Source: Candidatus Bathyarchaeota archaeon (GTDB lineage: Archaea > Thermoproteota > Bathyarchaeia > Bathyarchaeales > Bathycorpusculaceae). Taken from it: a stretch of 64,000 nt of DNA. The first letter of the stretch is position 1. Every line of letters starts with the position of its first letter. Shown here piece after piece: positions 9,697-20,953 of this stretch. Made by a program: the position numbers and the translations under genes. Location of the stretch: contig CAVZPM010000036.1 of NCBI GenBank assembly GCA_963777155.1, positions 64,001 to 128,000 of the forward strand. Direction: 5' to 3'. The notes beneath the pieces are model-generated. The model was not told the DNA's origin and made no database searches. It saw only the letters and a list, made by a program, of their open reading frames with translations.

Positions 9697-10395
9697 CTAC
9701 AGTGTCTCGGAGATAATTCGTGAAAGAATAGCCCAACCGTGCTTCACCCTTAGCTTCTTCTCGCCTATTCTTGCTCGGTAACTTATGGGAACCTCCACAA
9801 TTCTATATCCCTTTTTCTCTACGTAGCTGTTCAGCTCCACTTCTATGTCGAAGCTCTTGGATTTGGGGGTCCAGTTCCGCATCAGATCTACCCTGACAAC
9901 CCGCAATCCCGTAAGGGGATCTTTTAGGTCTATGTTATTTAGCAAAGTGTGAACGGAGGCGATGATCTTGTTGCCGATGTAGAAGACCTTTTTCATATCC
10001 TTAATCGGGTAAGTAGAATTGAACCTGTTCCCGCACACCATACCTACTGTTGGGTCATCTTGCAAGATCTTTATCATTTCAGGAATAAATTCCACGGGGT
10101 ATGTAAAGTCTGCATCATCAATTATGACGTATTGGGCTTTGCTGTCTAGGTATTTGAGTCCAAAGTCTAAGGCATCCCCCTTGCCCTCTCCTTCCTGAGA
10201 AATAACGTCCGCACCCAAATCTTTAGCAACGCGAACGGTATTATCACTGCTGTTGCCATCAACAACCAAAATTTTTAGGCCAGAGAATTGAGTTCTAAGT
10301 TCTGTAATAGTATGAGCTATGCCTTCTTCTTCATTTAGAGCTGGAATAAGACAAGCCGCATATGCAATCCAGGAAAAATCTTCTTGTTTCTCCAT
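9697..10395 (-). CDS. GT2 glycosyltransferase (Dpm1-like)
   Basis: IPALNEE, VVDGNSSD, GKG, DAD and FDIEVE motifs. Confidence 0.9.
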   Translation of the reverse strand: MEKQEDFSWIAYAACLIPALNEEEGIAHTITELRTQFSGLKILVVDGNSSDNTVRVAKDLGADVISQEGEGKGDALDFGLKYLDSKAQYVIIDDADFTYPVEFIPEMIKILQDDPTVGMVCGNRFNSTYPIKDMKKVFYIGNKIIASVHTLLNNIDLKDPLTGLRVVRVDLMRNWTPKSKSFDIEVELNSYVEKKGYRIVEVPISYRARIGEKKLRVKHGWAILSRIISETL

Positions 10396-10575
10396 AACGA
10401 GCCATTACTATTCACCTTGGAATACAGCCTAATAAATGATAATTCGACAAATTCAATATATCGAGCCAAACAGTACGGTTTATCAGGGAGCTATATTCAG
10501 CTCCATATGCACTCATCGTAGTTCTGCATAAAGAGATCGATTTTACGTGAGAAATTAGCGATTCTTCTGTATAGT

Positions 10576-11655
10576 TTACTTAATCTTTTCCAGTAGAACC
10601 TCAAGTATTTTCTTTGCGGTTTTTCCATCACCAAACGGATTAACCCAACCCTTCTGTCGCTTAACCATGACCTTGGCAGCTTCAAGAATTCGATCAGAAC
10701 TAGTACCCGCCAATATATTTGACCCAACCTCTATTGTTTCAGGCCGCTCCGTATTATCCCTCATAGTTATACAAGGCACACCAAGGATGCAGGTTTCTTC
10801 TTGTACTCCACCCGAATCCGAGAAAACCAACATAGCCTTGCTTTCAAGATTCAGAAAAGACAAATAATCCAAAGGCTCAACCAAAGTCAGCCCGGCAGAA
10901 TCTATTCCAAATAACTCAAGTTCTTTTCGGGCGCGAGGATGAATAGGATAGATTATTGGAATTCCAAATTCCTTCTGTACCAACTGTAAACCCTTGATTA
11001 TACCCTCAAACCGACCTCTGTCGTCCACATTTTCCTGCCTGTGCGACGTAGCCAACATAAACTTGCCCGAATTAAGACCCAACTTCCCAAGGTTTTGGTT
11101 TTTGGATTTAGCTATTTCCATGTTCTGGAAAACTGCATCGACAACGGTATTGCCAACCAAGAAAACCTGTTTTTCTTCAATGCCTTCATCAAGCAAGTTG
11201 CCCTTCGATTTTTGTGTGGGCGCAAACAAGAAATCCGAACAGTGGTCAGTCAAAACCCGGTTAGTTTCCTCAGGCATCCTTCTGTCGTAGCTGCGCAATC
11301 CAGCCTCCACATGACCAACTTTAACCCCAAGTTTCACAGCAGCTAATGCTCCTGCAAGAACAGTATTTGTGTCACCCTCAACCAAAACCACATCAGGAGA
11401 TTCGTTGATTAGAATCTCTTCAATACCAGCAAGCATCTTACCAGTCTGTTTTCCATGCAAACCAGAGCCCACATCAAGATTATACTTTGCCATGGGCAAC
11501 CCCAACTGCTCAAAAAAAACCCTGTCCATACTATACGAGTAATGCTGACCCGTATGCAAAACAAAGAAATCCAAACCTAAGCGTTCACATTCCCTGATAA
11601 TGGGTGAACACTTGATGATTTCAGGTCGAGTCCCCAAAATTACTGCAATTCTCAA
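10576..11655 (-). CDS. wecB: UDP-N-acetylglucosamine 2-epimerase (non-hydrolysing)
   Basis: GTRPEIIK, TGQH, HVEAGLRS, DSGGVQEE, TERPE, NPFGDG. Confidence 0.95.
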   Translation of the reverse strand: MRIAVILGTRPEIIKCSPIIRECERLGLDFFVLHTGQHYSYSMDRVFFEQLGLPMAKYNLDVGSGLHGKQTGKMLAGIEEILINESPDVVLVEGDTNTVLAGALAAVKLGVKVGHVEAGLRSYDRRMPEETNRVLTDHCSDFLFAPTQKSKGNLLDEGIEEKQVFLVGNTVVDAVFQNMEIAKSKNQNLGKLGLNSGKFMLATSHRQENVDDRGRFEGIIKGLQLVQKEFGIPIIYPIHPRARKELELFGIDSAGLTLVEPLDYLSFLNLESKAMLVFSDSGGVQEETCILGVPCITMRDNTERPETIEVGSNILAGTSSDRILEAAKVMVKRQKGWVNPFGDGKTAKKILEVLLEKIK

Positions 11656-11757
11656 TTTTGCGGTTATCTCCAGTACCTCGCTGCTTAGGTATGATTCTTT
11701 GATGTTAACTTAATAGGTTTGCTACAAGGTGTTTTGTATTTTTTATTTTCAGTCAAG

Positions 11758-13341
11758 TTACAGTTTAAGGGTATTCATCAGTTTCTCAATGAAATTAAGA
11801 AAGATCGCCAATATTTTTCCTCCAATTCCAACACTGGTTATCATATCCCGCAGGTTCTTTATGTCATTTCTGTCAATTGCCCTGCTTAACAAAATCGCAG
11901 GCACCAAGATAATAACGAAGAAGGTGAAGCCAATTATTAGTCTAATCCAACTTGCGAGTGGCAGCTGCATTACAAAAAAGTAGGTTAGAGCGGCAGGTAT
12001 AGCGGACGAAATGAGAATTTTAGCAGAGGAGCGCCAATCCACTTGCGCACCATAATTTTTTTTGATGAAACGTAATCCCATGATCGTGCTGGGCAGGTCT
12101 GATAGTAGTGATGCTGCAATGAGTCCTAAAACCCCAAAGTTGAAAATTAAAATGTAACCGAATGGAAAACCTATGGCTCCAGTTACGATAGCCATTTTTA
12201 AGACGTATCTTGACTGCCCTTGTCCATTTAGAAGAGCATCTATGCTGAGGTATCCTAGAGCTGCATAGGAAAACGGAATCGCAAGCAATGCAAGGAAGAG
12301 TGGCGCAGTACTGTATGTGTTTCCAAAAAGTGTCTCAACTGCAGGTTGTGCTAGACACATAACTAGAGCTGTCACGGGCACAACAAGAAGTGAAGCGTAT
12401 TTGATAGAGAACTTATAGATGTTTCTAAGAGGCTCTTTGTCCTTTTCTGGATCCATCTTGGAGAAAGCGGGAAACATCATTGTAAGAATGGGAGTAGCGA
12501 AGAAGCCGATGAGAACAACAAAAGCCGAGGCTACACCGTAATTTCCTATTACAGCGTTGTCGATGGCATAGTAAATTGGAAGCAAGAAAGCATAGAATTG
12601 GGGAAGAAATCCGCCAATCATTGCAGCTAAAGATAAAGGCAGACAATATTTTAACATAGTTGATAAGTATGCTTTTATTTCGAGTTTATTTGGAGGCAGT
12701 TTAGGTAGTTGCCGATAAATGAGCCAGGTAAGTACTATACCAATTGAGCTCGCAATAATTGTGCCAGCTGTGAAACCTATAGTAGCTCCTGATGTACCTA
12801 ACCCCAGAAGTACTAATCCGATTATTAGAACAGTTTTAATGATGCTTTGGCAAATAATCATTATACTGTTGAAACCCATTTTTTCATAACCTGTAAAGAA
12901 GGCTGTAGCGGAGGCTATTAGCGCGTTTGCTAGTATGGAAAAAGAGGCAATTTCGATTAGGGGAGCTAGGGCTGGACGATGAAAGAGATGGACTGAAAGA
13001 AAGTCGGAAAAAAGAAGCGAAAAAATTGAAAGAATTAAGCCTGTGAAGATTTCAAACGTTAAGCCAGCTACGTACACACTTCGGATTTCATTCTCTCTGT
13101 TTTCGGTGCGAAATTGCGCTGTAAATCTAACGATAGCTGAGGTTACGCTCCAGTCTCGGAATAAGACCAAAAGATTTGGAAGGGTCAAAACTATTGCAAA
13201 CAAGCCATATTGGTCTGATCCAAGCAGTTTTGCTATGAATATTGTGCCAATTGATGAAATGACTGTTGAAATCACTAACCCCAAAAGGAGGCTATAGCCA
13301 CCTTTTGCCGAAACCTTTGCAATATTCCCAGCTTTAGTCAT
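11758..13341 (-). CDS. Wzx/MOP-family flippase (paralog of 1181..2782)
   Basis: Collinear similarity to the first flippase (AKVSAKGG, FRDW, FPAFSK, NGQG). Confidence 0.88.
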   Translation of the reverse strand: MTKAGNIAKVSAKGGYSLLLGLVISTVISSIGTIFIAKLLGSDQYGLFAIVLTLPNLLVLFRDWSVTSAIVRFTAQFRTENRENEIRSVYVAGLTFEIFTGLILSIFSLLFSDFLSVHLFHRPALAPLIEIASFSILANALIASATAFFTGYEKMGFNSIMIICQSIIKTVLIIGLVLLGLGTSGATIGFTAGTIIASSIGIVLTWLIYRQLPKLPPNKLEIKAYLSTMLKYCLPLSLAAMIGGFLPQFYAFLLPIYYAIDNAVIGNYGVASAFVVLIGFFATPILTMMFPAFSKMDPEKDKEPLRNIYKFSIKYASLLVVPVTALVMCLAQPAVETLFGNTYSTAPLFLALLAIPFSYAALGYLSIDALLNGQGQSRYVLKMAIVTGAIGFPFGYILIFNFGVLGLIAASLLSDLPSTIMGLRFIKKNYGAQVDWRSSAKILISSAIPAALTYFFVMQLPLASWIRLIIGFTFFVIILVPAILLSRAIDRNDIKNLRDMITSVGIGGKILAIFLNFIEKLMNTLKL

Positions 13342-13892
13342 TGATTGTTTTCCTACGTTAAAGTGATGGTATTTATTTTTTTAAACGGTTAATCGTTTGT
13401 AGTTGAAGCTACTCAGTAGTTTTTTACTGTTACCCGCTTCAAATTGTTCAAATTTCCATTATAAAACTTAATACCTCTGTAGGTTAATAGACCATGTGAA
13501 TTACTGATAAATAGCGTATATTATGATTTTACATTTCGATTCACTGTTACGTTTGGTTATGCCCATTTGTTGCATAACTTGAATTTGGAATTGAAACCGA
13601 CTGCAGCAATGACGTAAAAATCGTATTTGTTAGTTCTCCCTTGCCTTCCTAAGAAATAGATAAAATTGCCAAACTCTCAATTGCTGATTGTGGACGCGAA
13701 ATGGCTAGGCTGTTTGATGCGAAGTGAGAATATTATCAAATCCGTAATATCGCATATATTGAGAAAATCGAAGATTAGTGTTGTATAATAAAAAAGGCAC
13801 GCTGCAAAGGGCATGCTTGTAGCAGCTGTTAACGGAGTAGCCTAGCAATGCCTATGCTATCAGCGTAACGTGTAAATTGGGAGAAATATAGT

Positions 13893-16664
13893 TTGGAAAA
13901 AACAACGGCTTTGACTATTCTTTTAGTTGTCACAGTGGCCTTAGCAAGCTTATCTGTGACTCCGAGGATTGCCGCTGAGCCATTGCATGGAGCCATTACG
14001 ATAGGTTTTGATGATGCAATGCAGAGCCAATTTGATTATGCTTGGCCTTTGATGCAGGCCAGAGGAATTGTTGGCACATTCTACACTGTTTCGAGCTTTA
14101 TTAGCGATTTTTCTGGTGATTATAATCGTATGGGTTTGAATGAACTTCACACTCTGCAGAATGCCGGCAACGAGATAGGAAGCCACAGTGTCACTCATGA
14201 GCATTTTGAAACCATGACCGACGCTGAAATTGAATATCAATGTGGCGTTTCTCAACAAGTCTTGCGGGCCAATGGGTTTTCAGCCAACAATTTTGCTTTT
14301 CCTTATGGCGATACAAACGATCCTAACGCCGAGCATATTGATTCGATTGTATCCCAATATTATAGGTCGGCGCGGTCAGCGTATTATTATCCGGAAGTTT
14401 TGTCGTTTCCGATAGATATGTTCAGGTTGCCGGGTTTTCCAGCTGAGACCGGCGATAGCACCGTTTTGTCACGAGCCATAAGTGCGGTAGACCAAGCTTA
14501 TAATGAAAATGGCTGGGTTCAAATTTACTTCCACAACGTAATTCCAGATGTCTATAATGAGCCATATGCGATAAGTGCCCAAGATTTCGAGGCTTTTCTT
14601 GACTATGTTGTTGCCAAAGGTATCCCGACTGTCACTGTAAACCAAGCATTAGACGGGGGTGTAGCGCCTCTTTCTACTTCGATAAGCCCGACCTCCGCAA
14701 GATTAGATGTTGGAGGATCACAAGTCTTTACTTCCTCTATCTCGGGGGGTGTCTCACCTTACTCTTACCGATGGTATCTAAATGGTAGCTTTACAGGCGC
14801 CACTGGTTCAAATTGGGCATTCAGTCCAACGCAGGCGGGACATTATAATATATACCTTCGAGTGACTGACAATGTAGGCACCGTAACTAACTCTAACACA
14901 GTTACTAATATCACTGTATATGGGGCTCTCACTTCTTCAATCAGCCCTACCTCCATGAACTTGACCGTTGGAAACACGCAACAGTTCACCTCAACGGTAA
15001 CAGGTGGATTTGCACCTTACACTTATCAATGGTACTATGCCAACAACACCGCCATAACTGGAGCTGGAGCAACAGGCTCAACTCTAAACTACAAGGCAAA
15101 TTTCACGGGAATCTACAACATCTACCTAAACGTCACAGATGCTCTCAACTACAAAGTGAAATCCAACACTGCCACCCTCAATGTCTATTCGCAACCTTCA
15201 GTAACTATCAGTCCAATCACAGCTAACATGACCATTGGAGGCACACAATTGTTTGACTCCAATGTAGCAGGCGGACTCATACCTTATACTTATCAATGGT
15301 ACTACGTAAATGGTACCGCAATATCAGGCGCGGCAACCTCAAACTTGACGTACAGAGCTAACTTCACTGGAAGTTACAGTATCTATCTTAACGTAACAGA
15401 CAACCTTAACTATAGAGTGAAATCCAATATAGCCACCTTCAATGTGTACTCACAACCGACGGTTACAATTAATCCGACCTCCCTAAATATGACCGCCGGG
15501 AAAACGCAACAGTTTACCTCAACAGTGACAGGCGGACTTGTACCCTACAGCTACCAATGGTACTACGCTAACAACACAGCAATCGCAGGAGCCACAAACC
15601 CAACGCTAAATTATAAAGCGAATTTCACAGGAAGTTATAGTATCTACCTAAACGTCACAGACAACCTCAACTACAAAGCAAAATCAAATTCTGCAACCGT
15701 CAATGTTTACTCACAACCAACCGTCATGATTGCTCCGACCTCATCCATTCTTTATTATGGTCAACTCCAAACATTTAACGCCTCCACTATAGGAGGCTTA
15801 GCGCCCTACACCTACCAATGGTACATAAACAACACCGCGGTACCACAAGCCACATATCCCGTCTGGATATTTACGCCCAAAGAAAATGGCAACTATCGAA
15901 TCCACCTCAACGTTACTGACACCTTAGGCAGTGAAGTAAAATCCAACATCGCCAGCGACATCAACGTCTATGGAGTCTATCTCATGATCGATTCGCAAGC
16001 AAGCTACTTATTGGGCGAGCAAGTAAGCTTGAAAGTGACTATTTTGAACCAGCAGAATCCCAAACTAGAAACATCGCTAGCCTTGACAATTACTGGACCA
16101 GCAGACTACAGTTTCCACGTTTTTCAACCCATAAATGTGTCAGCCAATTCGGCAGAAGAATACAGTTTCGTCTGGGTTGTTCCCAACGTCGATGGCACAT
16201 ATATTGTAGAGGCTATTTTGGTTCCAGCCCAGTTAACAGCTTACGACTCAAAATGGCTACAAACAAATGAGCAACCTAACCAATTTGGGTCAAGTGAGGA
16301 TAGTTTTGTTGTTTCACAAAGCGTGGCAAGCGTTGAATCTGCCTTTTTTATGCTCATTGGGAGCCAAGTCCTTGGCAGCGTTTGCAGTCTATTGTTTTTA
16401 AAGCATAAAGGCAAGAAGACTTGGCTGCTTTTAAGTGCGTCCCCAATGTTAGGAATAAAAGTTTTGTGGAGGTTGGCTTGGAACCTTCACAGTAAATTTC
16501 ATCTTAAACAGCGCATTATATTTCAGGATATAAGTGGTCGAAATAATACATTGAAAACATTCTTGTTGACCTATTTTAGCAAGGGAACAGTGTGGGCAAC
16601 TTCTGGTTTTTCCAATATTTCTTTTTGGGTTAGCTTAAAGGGCAGGATTGCGTGGTTTGCATAA
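13893..16664 (+). CDS. Secreted polysaccharide deacetylase (CE4/NodB) with Ig/PKD-like repeats and shared C-terminal domain
   Basis: FDD, GSHSVTH, FAFPYG, YFH motifs; about five ~88-aa YTYQWY repeats; LTAYDSKW domain followed by an extra tail. Confidence 0.85.
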   Translation: MEKTTALTILLVVTVALASLSVTPRIAAEPLHGAITIGFDDAMQSQFDYAWPLMQARGIVGTFYTVSSFISDFSGDYNRMGLNELHTLQNAGNEIGSHSVTHEHFETMTDAEIEYQCGVSQQVLRANGFSANNFAFPYGDTNDPNAEHIDSIVSQYYRSARSAYYYPEVLSFPIDMFRLPGFPAETGDSTVLSRAISAVDQAYNENGWVQIYFHNVIPDVYNEPYAISAQDFEAFLDYVVAKGIPTVTVNQALDGGVAPLSTSISPTSARLDVGGSQVFTSSISGGVSPYSYRWYLNGSFTGATGSNWAFSPTQAGHYNIYLRVTDNVGTVTNSNTVTNITVYGALTSSISPTSMNLTVGNTQQFTSTVTGGFAPYTYQWYYANNTAITGAGATGSTLNYKANFTGIYNIYLNVTDALNYKVKSNTATLNVYSQPSVTISPITANMTIGGTQLFDSNVAGGLIPYTYQWYYVNGTAISGAATSNLTYRANFTGSYSIYLNVTDNLNYRVKSNIATFNVYSQPTVTINPTSLNMTAGKTQQFTSTVTGGLVPYSYQWYYANNTAIAGATNPTLNYKANFTGSYSIYLNVTDNLNYKAKSNSATVNVYSQPTVMIAPTSSILYYGQLQTFNASTIGGLAPYTYQWYINNTAVPQATYPVWIFTPKENGNYRIHLNVTDTLGSEVKSNIASDINVYGVYLMIDSQASYLLGEQVSLKVTILNQQNPKLETSLALTITGPADYSFHVFQPINVSANSAEEYSFVWVVPNVDGTYIVEAILVPAQLTAYDSKWLQTNEQPNQFGSSEDSFVVSQSVASVESAFFMLIGSQVLGSVCSLLFLKHKGKKTWLLLSASPMLGIKVLWRLAWNLHSKFHLKQRIIFQDISGRNNTLKTFLLTYFSKGTVWATSGFSNISFWVSLKGRIAWFA

Positions 16665-19195
16665 GACGAGAATTTATCGCTGTGTTATTAGCTTTGGGTT
16701 TAGGTTTGGTAGCGGTTGCGCCATTTGAGGCTATTTTTTGTGGGTCTGCGCCAGTTGTGACTGGTAATGACTTTGAGCCTACGATGAGTGTTCCTTTGGG
16801 TGTGGACAAAAATAATAACGGAGTCGAGGATGGTCTTGATTCAGAAATTGCCGAGCAGCTACATATGAGTAGTACAGCAAGTGACGAATACGTGAATGTT
16901 ACAGTCCTTTTGATGAATAAACCGTCGGGTGAGGATGTGGCCATCTTTTCTTCGTCCGGTGGAACCTTAACAACTGAGTTGTGGACAGAAGCTGTTTACG
17001 GTTTTGGGGGACGGATACCCTACAGTGGAATTGTTAGTTTTATTACGCAGTGTTCTGATGTGTTGTTGATTGAGAAAGAGGCAGTTTGCAATGCAACCGT
17101 GGCTTATGCGACGCGGCAAGTGGGAGCTAGACCTTATGTTTGGAGTACGTTGGGGCTTCAGGGAGATCCGAATGCTTCGTTAGCGGTTCTGGATACTGGG
17201 ATTGATTCATCGCATGTTGATTTTGCGCCCGGTTTTGGGAGTGGAGATTTTTCGAAAAAGATTGTTGGGTGGAACGATCAGGTAACATCTTCGGTTGTTC
17301 CGTTTGATGATAATGGACATGGATCTCATTGTTCTGGGTTAGCTGCTGGAGATGGATTTTTTAGTGTTGATTCTTCAGGTTACGCCACTGCCACATGGGG
17401 AGCAAACTTGGGTGCGGTTACAAGCCCTGGCACATTTTTGATTAGCGGTATGATGTTGAATAATTCGGGTGCAATAACGGTTAAGGTAAAGTGGACATCC
17501 ACTGGCACGGCTGCTCTTACAGCGGCTCCATTGTATTATGGTGACAAAACTCTGAGCACGGGGGCTTGGAGTCAAGTTGCTACGGTTAGTACTCCGAGCC
17601 AGAACACTTGGTATACTCTGACGTACAATGTGGTTTCTGTTCCTTCTGGTGGGTATGAGATGTATCATCCGCAGTTGACTTTGAGTTCTGGAACGGGAAA
17701 TCTTTATGTGACGTTTACAATGTCGTGGCCTTACGTGACACCTTCGGATGGTTTTTCGGCTTGGAAAGGTATGGCTTCTGAGTCGAAGCTTGTTGGAGTG
17801 AAGGTTCTTGATTATTCAGGTTCAGGGTCGTCCACTGGACTAATCAACGGCATTAACTGGATTATCGCGAATAGGGTAGGTTACCATATAACTGTGGCTA
17901 GTATGAGCTTGGGCTTTTCCAGCGAAGTTACGCTTGTTGATACCGCTCTTGTGAATCTGGTGAATAGCGGCGTGAGTACAATCGTTTCGGCGGGTAACAG
18001 CGGATCGGGAACCAACCGCATTTATACGCCTGGTTCAGTTGACGAGGTGTTAACTGTAGCATCTGTAGACCAGTTTGATGGAACATCTAGCTTTAGCAGT
18101 CAAGGGGGGACTTCGAGGTACACGGGTAAAACTGTGAAACCAGACATTACGGCTCCTGGGGGCAGTTTCTACGCAGTGCCTTTGTTTAGTGCAGACACGA
18201 ATTATAATGATGCTGACGGCGGGTTTTCTGATGTCACCGCTAATGATGCGGCGCCTATGCAGGGGACGTCTATGTCTTGTCCTGTAGTGTCTGGGGCTGC
18301 CGAAATTGTTGTACAAGCCATAGGAGGATATAGCTCTTGGAGCTGGACAAGAAATCAAGCCCTGATGCCTAAAACTTTGCTTTTGATGACGGCAACAGAG
18401 ACTTACCCGAATCTACGTGAGACTTCTACCTCTACTTCCAGTCCAACACTTAACCGGGGAGGAAAAGATGTGCATGAAGGTTATGGTAGACTTAACGTCG
18501 ATGCCGCAGCGGATGCCGTCCTGAAGACCTACATCGTTGGAACAACTGTGTCAGATAGCTTAGGTAGTCCACCTTCACTGGGAAATATTGCGGTTCTGGG
18601 TCAGAGATTGGCGTGGGCAAGAAACGTTCAGCTTTCTTCAGGCATACAATACAATTTCTCATTAGCCGTTCCATCCGGAGCAGATTACGATTTGTACCTC
18701 TATAATATTACGGGTAACTCCTATGGTGAACCTGTCATCGTTAATAGCGGCGTCTCGGCTGCGACTGGAGGCTTTGAAAAGATTTCCTATACGCCTTCTA
18801 ACTCCGGAGAGTATTATCTTGTTGTGAAGCGGGCAAGAGAAGACACAGGAGCGGGGCAGTTTACTTTGATAAGCACATTTAATCAGACTGCTCATCTTAT
18901 GTTGTATGCAGATCCTGATCAAGCCGCCTATGTGAGAGGGCAGTCTTTGATTTTGAAGGTTACTATGTTTAATGGGTTAGATCTTGCTTATGGGTCTGTT
19001 TTGACTATTACCGTGACTGGACCTAGTGGTTACAGCTTCTATGATTTTCAATCGATTAGTGTTACGGCAAATAGCGTTGGGGAGTACAGTTTTACATGGA
19101 ACGCACCGAATATTCCCGGAACCTATGTTGTTGAAGCTGGTCTAGCGCCATCATCATTAACTGCCTATGATGTGAAATGGGTGAATTTAACCTAA
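16652..19195 (+). CDS. Secreted S8 subtilisin-like serine protease with inserted domain, PPC-like domain and shared C-terminal domain
   Basis: VLDTGID, HGSHCSG, SAGNSG and GTSMSCP catalytic motifs; GADYDLYLY PPC-like motif. Confidence 0.92.
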   Translation: MVCIRREFIAVLLALGLGLVAVAPFEAIFCGSAPVVTGNDFEPTMSVPLGVDKNNNGVEDGLDSEIAEQLHMSSTASDEYVNVTVLLMNKPSGEDVAIFSSSGGTLTTELWTEAVYGFGGRIPYSGIVSFITQCSDVLLIEKEAVCNATVAYATRQVGARPYVWSTLGLQGDPNASLAVLDTGIDSSHVDFAPGFGSGDFSKKIVGWNDQVTSSVVPFDDNGHGSHCSGLAAGDGFFSVDSSGYATATWGANLGAVTSPGTFLISGMMLNNSGAITVKVKWTSTGTAALTAAPLYYGDKTLSTGAWSQVATVSTPSQNTWYTLTYNVVSVPSGGYEMYHPQLTLSSGTGNLYVTFTMSWPYVTPSDGFSAWKGMASESKLVGVKVLDYSGSGSSTGLINGINWIIANRVGYHITVASMSLGFSSEVTLVDTALVNLVNSGVSTIVSAGNSGSGTNRIYTPGSVDEVLTVASVDQFDGTSSFSSQGGTSRYTGKTVKPDITAPGGSFYAVPLFSADTNYNDADGGFSDVTANDAAPMQGTSMSCPVVSGAAEIVVQAIGGYSSWSWTRNQALMPKTLLLMTATETYPNLRETSTSTSSPTLNRGGKDVHEGYGRLNVDAAADAVLKTYIVGTTVSDSLGSPPSLGNIAVLGQRLAWARNVQLSSGIQYNFSLAVPSGADYDLYLYNITGNSYGEPVIVNSGVSAATGGFEKISYTPSNSGEYYLVVKRAREDTGAGQFTLISTFNQTAHLMLYADPDQAAYVRGQSLILKVTMFNGLDLAYGSVLTITVTGPSGYSFYDFQSISVTANSVGEYSFTWNAPNIPGTYVVEAGLAPSSLTAYDVKWVNLT

Positions 19196-19340
19196 GTGAA
19201 TGGAAATGAAGCCAAAGGTTCTTAGGAAGGCTGCTTCTGCGACTATTTTCTTTTATTTCCTTGAAACACCTGAAACTAAAAATCTTAGAGCACTAACCCT
19301 TTATGTATTGTGCACTCAGTATTTGATGAGATGACTTCTC

Positions 19341-20369
19341 TTGGAGCTCACGAAATTACTCATCGTCATAGCAACAGTAGTAATGCTTACAATGCCTACT
19401 TCTGTGATAAGGGGTCAATCCGTCAGTTCAACAAGTTCATCCCAACTTCAGAATTGCACCTGGTTAGACCCAAGTGATGAAGGGTTACAATTATTGAAAG
19501 CAAAACCTTCAGTTTGGCAAGCGACTGCAACCAGATTGGAGAGCGCAAATATTTATTGCATCATTGTTTGGGCGGGACGGTGGAATTCAGATCACATAAT
19601 TGACTATGCTGAATCGCCAACTGTATGGAAACAGTTCATAAACACTGTTAAAGCGGTAAACCCCAACTTTGTGGTTCTTGCCCTTGTCAATGGTTGGGGC
19701 ATCGATATCAGTGACTCCGCTTACAGAGAAACGATGCTCAATGCTGTTGAGCAACTTATGTCTTCTGCGCCTTTCGATGGCATAAACGATGACTTGGAGG
19801 ATTTTAAAGGAACAAACGAGAATTTGATTGATTATTGGCAAGCAGAAGCAAGCTTGATAAAAGGCTTGGACAAAATAGCCACAGTTGACCTTGGAGTAGA
19901 TTGGCCTTACACAATTGAAGAAGTCTACCCTTATCTAACAAATTTTGATTACCTTATGCCGATGTTCTATGGAAAGATACAAGACACATATTCTCTAAGC
20001 TATTGGGACAGGATTTTATCTAATTCTCCCGTACCGGTAATCATGGGACTTGACGTTGACCCATCAGATATGAACAATTTTTCTATGTCACAACAGTTAA
20101 GTTGGATAGACCAAGCATTGAACAGCAGTTCACATCCTAACCTGGCAGGGTTTGCAATCTGGTCATACGATTTTTGGGGCACTTCAGAAGGAACAACTAA
20201 TGATTTTGCAGCATGGATCAATTGGCCAACAAAAGGTTTTGCGCCGTCGCCAATCCTCAAGCCCTGGGATATTGCAGCAATAACTTTAGTTGCAGTCACC
20301 ATAGTTGCCGTTGCCATAGCTTTGTTATATAAGAAAAGGGCAAAACCCAGAGCAGTAATGGCAAAGTGA
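19341..20369 (+). CDS. Membrane-anchored GH18-like glycoside hydrolase
   Basis: Signal peptide, FDGINDDLE (DxxDxE-like), LMPMFY, GFAIWSYD, C-terminal TM + KKR. Confidence 0.7.
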   Translation: MELTKLLIVIATVVMLTMPTSVIRGQSVSSTSSSQLQNCTWLDPSDEGLQLLKAKPSVWQATATRLESANIYCIIVWAGRWNSDHIIDYAESPTVWKQFINTVKAVNPNFVVLALVNGWGIDISDSAYRETMLNAVEQLMSSAPFDGINDDLEDFKGTNENLIDYWQAEASLIKGLDKIATVDLGVDWPYTIEEVYPYLTNFDYLMPMFYGKIQDTYSLSYWDRILSNSPVPVIMGLDVDPSDMNNFSMSQQLSWIDQALNSSSHPNLAGFAIWSYDFWGTSEGTTNDFAAWINWPTKGFAPSPILKPWDIAAITLVAVTIVAVAIALLYKKRAKPRAVMAK

Positions 20370-20541
20370 AATACAGCTATTCTTGAAACACAAAAAACAG
20401 CACAACACGGTGAAAAATTTGCATCGTCACTCTTTTCAGTCTAATAGACGTGTTATCCTCTAACATTTTGCTATTGAAAATTTATTCGATTGAAAAATTT
20501 AAATATAGATTTAGTTCTAAGAAAACAGTGGAGAAGAGAAA

Positions 20542-20847
20542 ATGCGAGAACCAATTAAACAGGTTAACAATTTTTCAAATAAACCTGAAAATTCTGACAA
20601 CTTGCATAGCTCCAAAAAGGAAGATATATTGAGTCTTCTTGAAATCGTAACTGGAAAAATGAAAGTTTTAGAAGATAAGAAAGATACTGTGAATCTTCTT
20701 GAAGCCTTATCCCAAAGAGCGAAATTCTTGAAAAACGAAGAACATAATCTTATTGACATAGAAAAGAACAACTGTATTTATGAAAATAGTTGTTACACAG
20801 CAAAAAATAAGAATAGCCCGTGCCCCTGCGAACTCTACAGAATATAA
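20542..20847 (+). CDS. Hypothetical coiled-coil protein
   Basis: 101-aa ORF with helical E/K/L pattern. Confidence 0.45.
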   Translation: MREPIKQVNNFSNKPENSDNLHSSKKEDILSLLEIVTGKMKVLEDKKDTVNLLEALSQRAKFLKNEEHNLIDIEKNNCIYENSCYTAKNKNSPCPCELYRI

Positions 20848-20953
20848 GAAATGTTGACAATCAGTTAGCCGTAGTATCTAAATATTAGTTCTTTGTGCAG
20901 GAAAACGTTTTATTATTTCAAAGCTCCGCTTAAAGTGGCAGGTTCAATTACAA

